Shown here: positions 62,519 to 64,000 of the stretch, piece after piece
Layout of the letters: the number at the start of each line of letters is the position of its first letter
How positions within the stretch are numbered: the stretch's first letter is position 1
From: Escherichia phage vB_EcoM-pEB20
Length of the DNA stretch: 64,000 nucleotides
Sequence record: OP114733
Strand: one strand, 5' to 3'
Notes under the pieces: generated by a model
Told to the model about the DNA's origin: nothing
The model's input: the letters and a program-made list of their open reading frames with translations, nothing else
The model's database searches: none
Made by a program: the position numbers and the translations under genes

Positions 62519-62944
62519 ATGAATATTTCTGAAACTCGCGGTAAATGGTTCAAGATTGTTAAAGAAGATGAAGAACTACAAGTCAAGTTTCCTGAATTAA
62601 AGAAAGGAACAATCATCAAGGTAATTGGTACTACGACCGAAGATGGTTATGGCGACCATGGCATTATTGAAGTGATGTTGAACACTGGTGAGAAACTTTG
62701 CATCTATGACCGTGATACTTCTCTTTGGTGCTTCTGGGAATCACATTCAATAGATGAACTCGAAGAAATTGATTCGGCTGATATTGCGGATGTGCTAGGT
62801 AGTAAACTTGGCGAATTCGAAGGTGAACGTATTTCTTATGCATTAGCTAAATTAGCCGGACAAGAAAATAACGACGGCTATGAAGGTAACCTGATGCAAG
62901 CAGCCGCAGAATACATTGAATATTTAGAAAGACGTTTAAGTTAA
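62519..62944 (+). CDS. hypothetical protein (at the position of T4 pin)
   Basis: MNISETRGKW...; 141 aa immediately upstream of gene 49. Confidence 0.5.
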   Translation: MNISETRGKWFKIVKEDEELQVKFPELKKGTIIKVIGTTTEDGYGDHGIIEVMLNTGEKLCIYDRDTSLWCFWESHSIDELEEIDSADIADVLGSKLGEFEGERISYALAKLAGQENNDGYEGNLMQAAAEYIEYLERRLS

Positions 62945-62979
62945 TAAATACCCTTATCTATTTAAGGTAAGGGTTTATC

Positions 62980-63453
62980 ATGTTATTATCAGGCGCAAAA
63001 TATAAAGAAGAAAAACAAAAATTTTATGATGCACAGAACGGTAAGTGTCCTATTTGCCACCGTGAATTAGACCCTGATGTTCAAGGTAACCATCTTGACC
63101 ACGACCACGAATTAAACGGGCCAAAAGCAGGTAGAGTTCGTGGGTTACTCTGTTCTCTGTGCAACGCAGCAGAAGGTCAAATGAAGCATAAGTTCAACCG
63201 TTCCGGTCTTAAAGGTCGTGATGTCAACTACCTAGAATGGCTTGAAGCTCTTCTTGCTTATTTGAAACAAGATTATTCTGATAATAATATCCATCCTAAT
63301 TTTGTTCCAGACAAAACTAAAGAGTTCTCAAGACTAGGTAAAGAGGAAATGATGGCCGAGATGCTTCAAAGAGGATTTGAATATAATGAATCTGATACTA
63401 AAACACAATTAATAGCTTCATTCAAAAAGCAGCTTAGAAAGAGTTTAAAATGA
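62980..63453 (+). CDS. 49: endonuclease VII (Holliday junction resolvase) gp49
   Basis: 157 aa; MLLSGAKYKEEKQKFYDAQNGKCPICHREL...HLDHDHELNGPKAGRVRGLLC matches T4 EndoVII. Confidence 0.93.
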   Translation: MLLSGAKYKEEKQKFYDAQNGKCPICHRELDPDVQGNHLDHDHELNGPKAGRVRGLLCSLCNAAEGQMKHKFNRSGLKGRDVNYLEWLEALLAYLKQDYSDNNIHPNFVPDKTKEFSRLGKEEMMAEMLQRGFEYNESDTKTQLIASFKKQLRKSLK

Positions 63454-64000
63454 AAATTGAAAAAGAAATTGAAGGATTAATTCATAAAACTAATAAAGAT
63501 CTTTTGAACGAGAACGCTAATAAAGATTCTCGTGTTTTTCCAACTCAACGGGACCTTATGGCTGGTATTGTGTCTAAGCACATTGCCAAAAATATGGTCC
63601 CGTCTTTTATTATGAATGCGCATGAAAGCGGAATCATTCACATGCATGATATTGATTATTCTCCTGCTCTTCCGTTTACCAATTGCTGTTTAGTCGATTT
63701 AAAGGGGATGCTTGAGAATGGATTTAAATTAGGCAATGCTCAAATTGAAACGCCTAAATCTATTGGTGTTGCTACTGCAATTATGGCACAAATTACTGCA
63801 CAAGTTGCTTCACACCAGTATGGCGGAACTACATTTGCGAATGTCGATAAAGTTCTTTCTCCTTATGTTAAACGCACATACGCTAAACATGTTGAAGATG
63901 CAGAAAAATGGCAAATCGCTGATGCGTTGAATTATGCTCAATCCAAAACAGAAAAAGATGTCTATGACGCGTTCCAAGCTTATGAATATGAAGTAAATAC
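63450..64000 (+). CDS. nrdD: anaerobic ribonucleotide reductase NrdD (5' part, truncated by window end)
   Basis: MKIEKEIEGLIHKTNKDLLNENANKDSRVFPTQRDLMAGIVSKH matches T4 NrdD N-terminus; ATGA overlap with gene 49. Confidence 0.9.
   Translation, partial: MKIEKEIEGLIHKTNKDLLNENANKDSRVFPTQRDLMAGIVSKHIAKNMVPSFIMNAHESGIIHMHDIDYSPALPFTNCCLVDLKGMLENGFKLGNAQIETPKSIGVATAIMAQITAQVASHQYGGTTFANVDKVLSPYVKRTYAKHVEDAEKWQIADALNYAQSKTEKDVYDAFQAYEYEVN

Noticed and set aside
63736-63930. 64-aa plus-strand ORF
   Set aside because: It is out of frame inside the nrdD coding region.

Overview
This window reads as a segment of a T4-like (Tevenvirinae) virulent myovirus genome, in reverse orientation to the standard T4 map. 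All gene calls rest on reading the six-frame translations against remembered T4 protein sequences and motifs; no database search or alignment was run. Positions 1-30269 carry the late structural module on the minus strand in T4 order: 24, 23, 22, 21, 68, 67, 20, 19, 18, 17, 16, 15, 14, 13, wac, 12, 11, 10, 9, 8, 7, 6, 5.4, 5.1-like, 5, 53, with TATAAATA late promoters and hairpin terminators. Positions 30331-64000 carry plus-strand early genes: 4, 2, 3, 1, 57A, 57B (Acb1 anti-CBASS), two tRNAs, nudE, lysozyme e, denV, regB, tk, rI, nrdC, 49 and the 5' part of nrdD. Between these lie about 60 small accessory ORFs in the hyperplastic region. No integrase, repressor, CRISPR array or homing endonuclease was recognised; the 23-24 gap where T4 carries segD holds a small early-promoter cassette instead. 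The most interesting signals are: (1) seven genes with the N-terminal capsid-targeting sequence of injected internal proteins (T4 has three); (2) a TARG1/DarG-type macro domain protein; (3) a GrcA-like glycyl-radical cofactor with an apparently host-like C-terminus; (4) a polymerase-beta-type nucleotidyltransferase next to an AAA+ ATPase; (5) a secreted lytic-transglycosylase-like protein with a secreted partner; (6) repeated promoter/stem-loop/RBS cassettes and a recurrent gene-junction motif that mark modular shuffling; (7) a tandem triplet of small paralogs ending in GWVSSSxxC. Manual coordinates for promoters and hairpins may be off by 1-2 nt.
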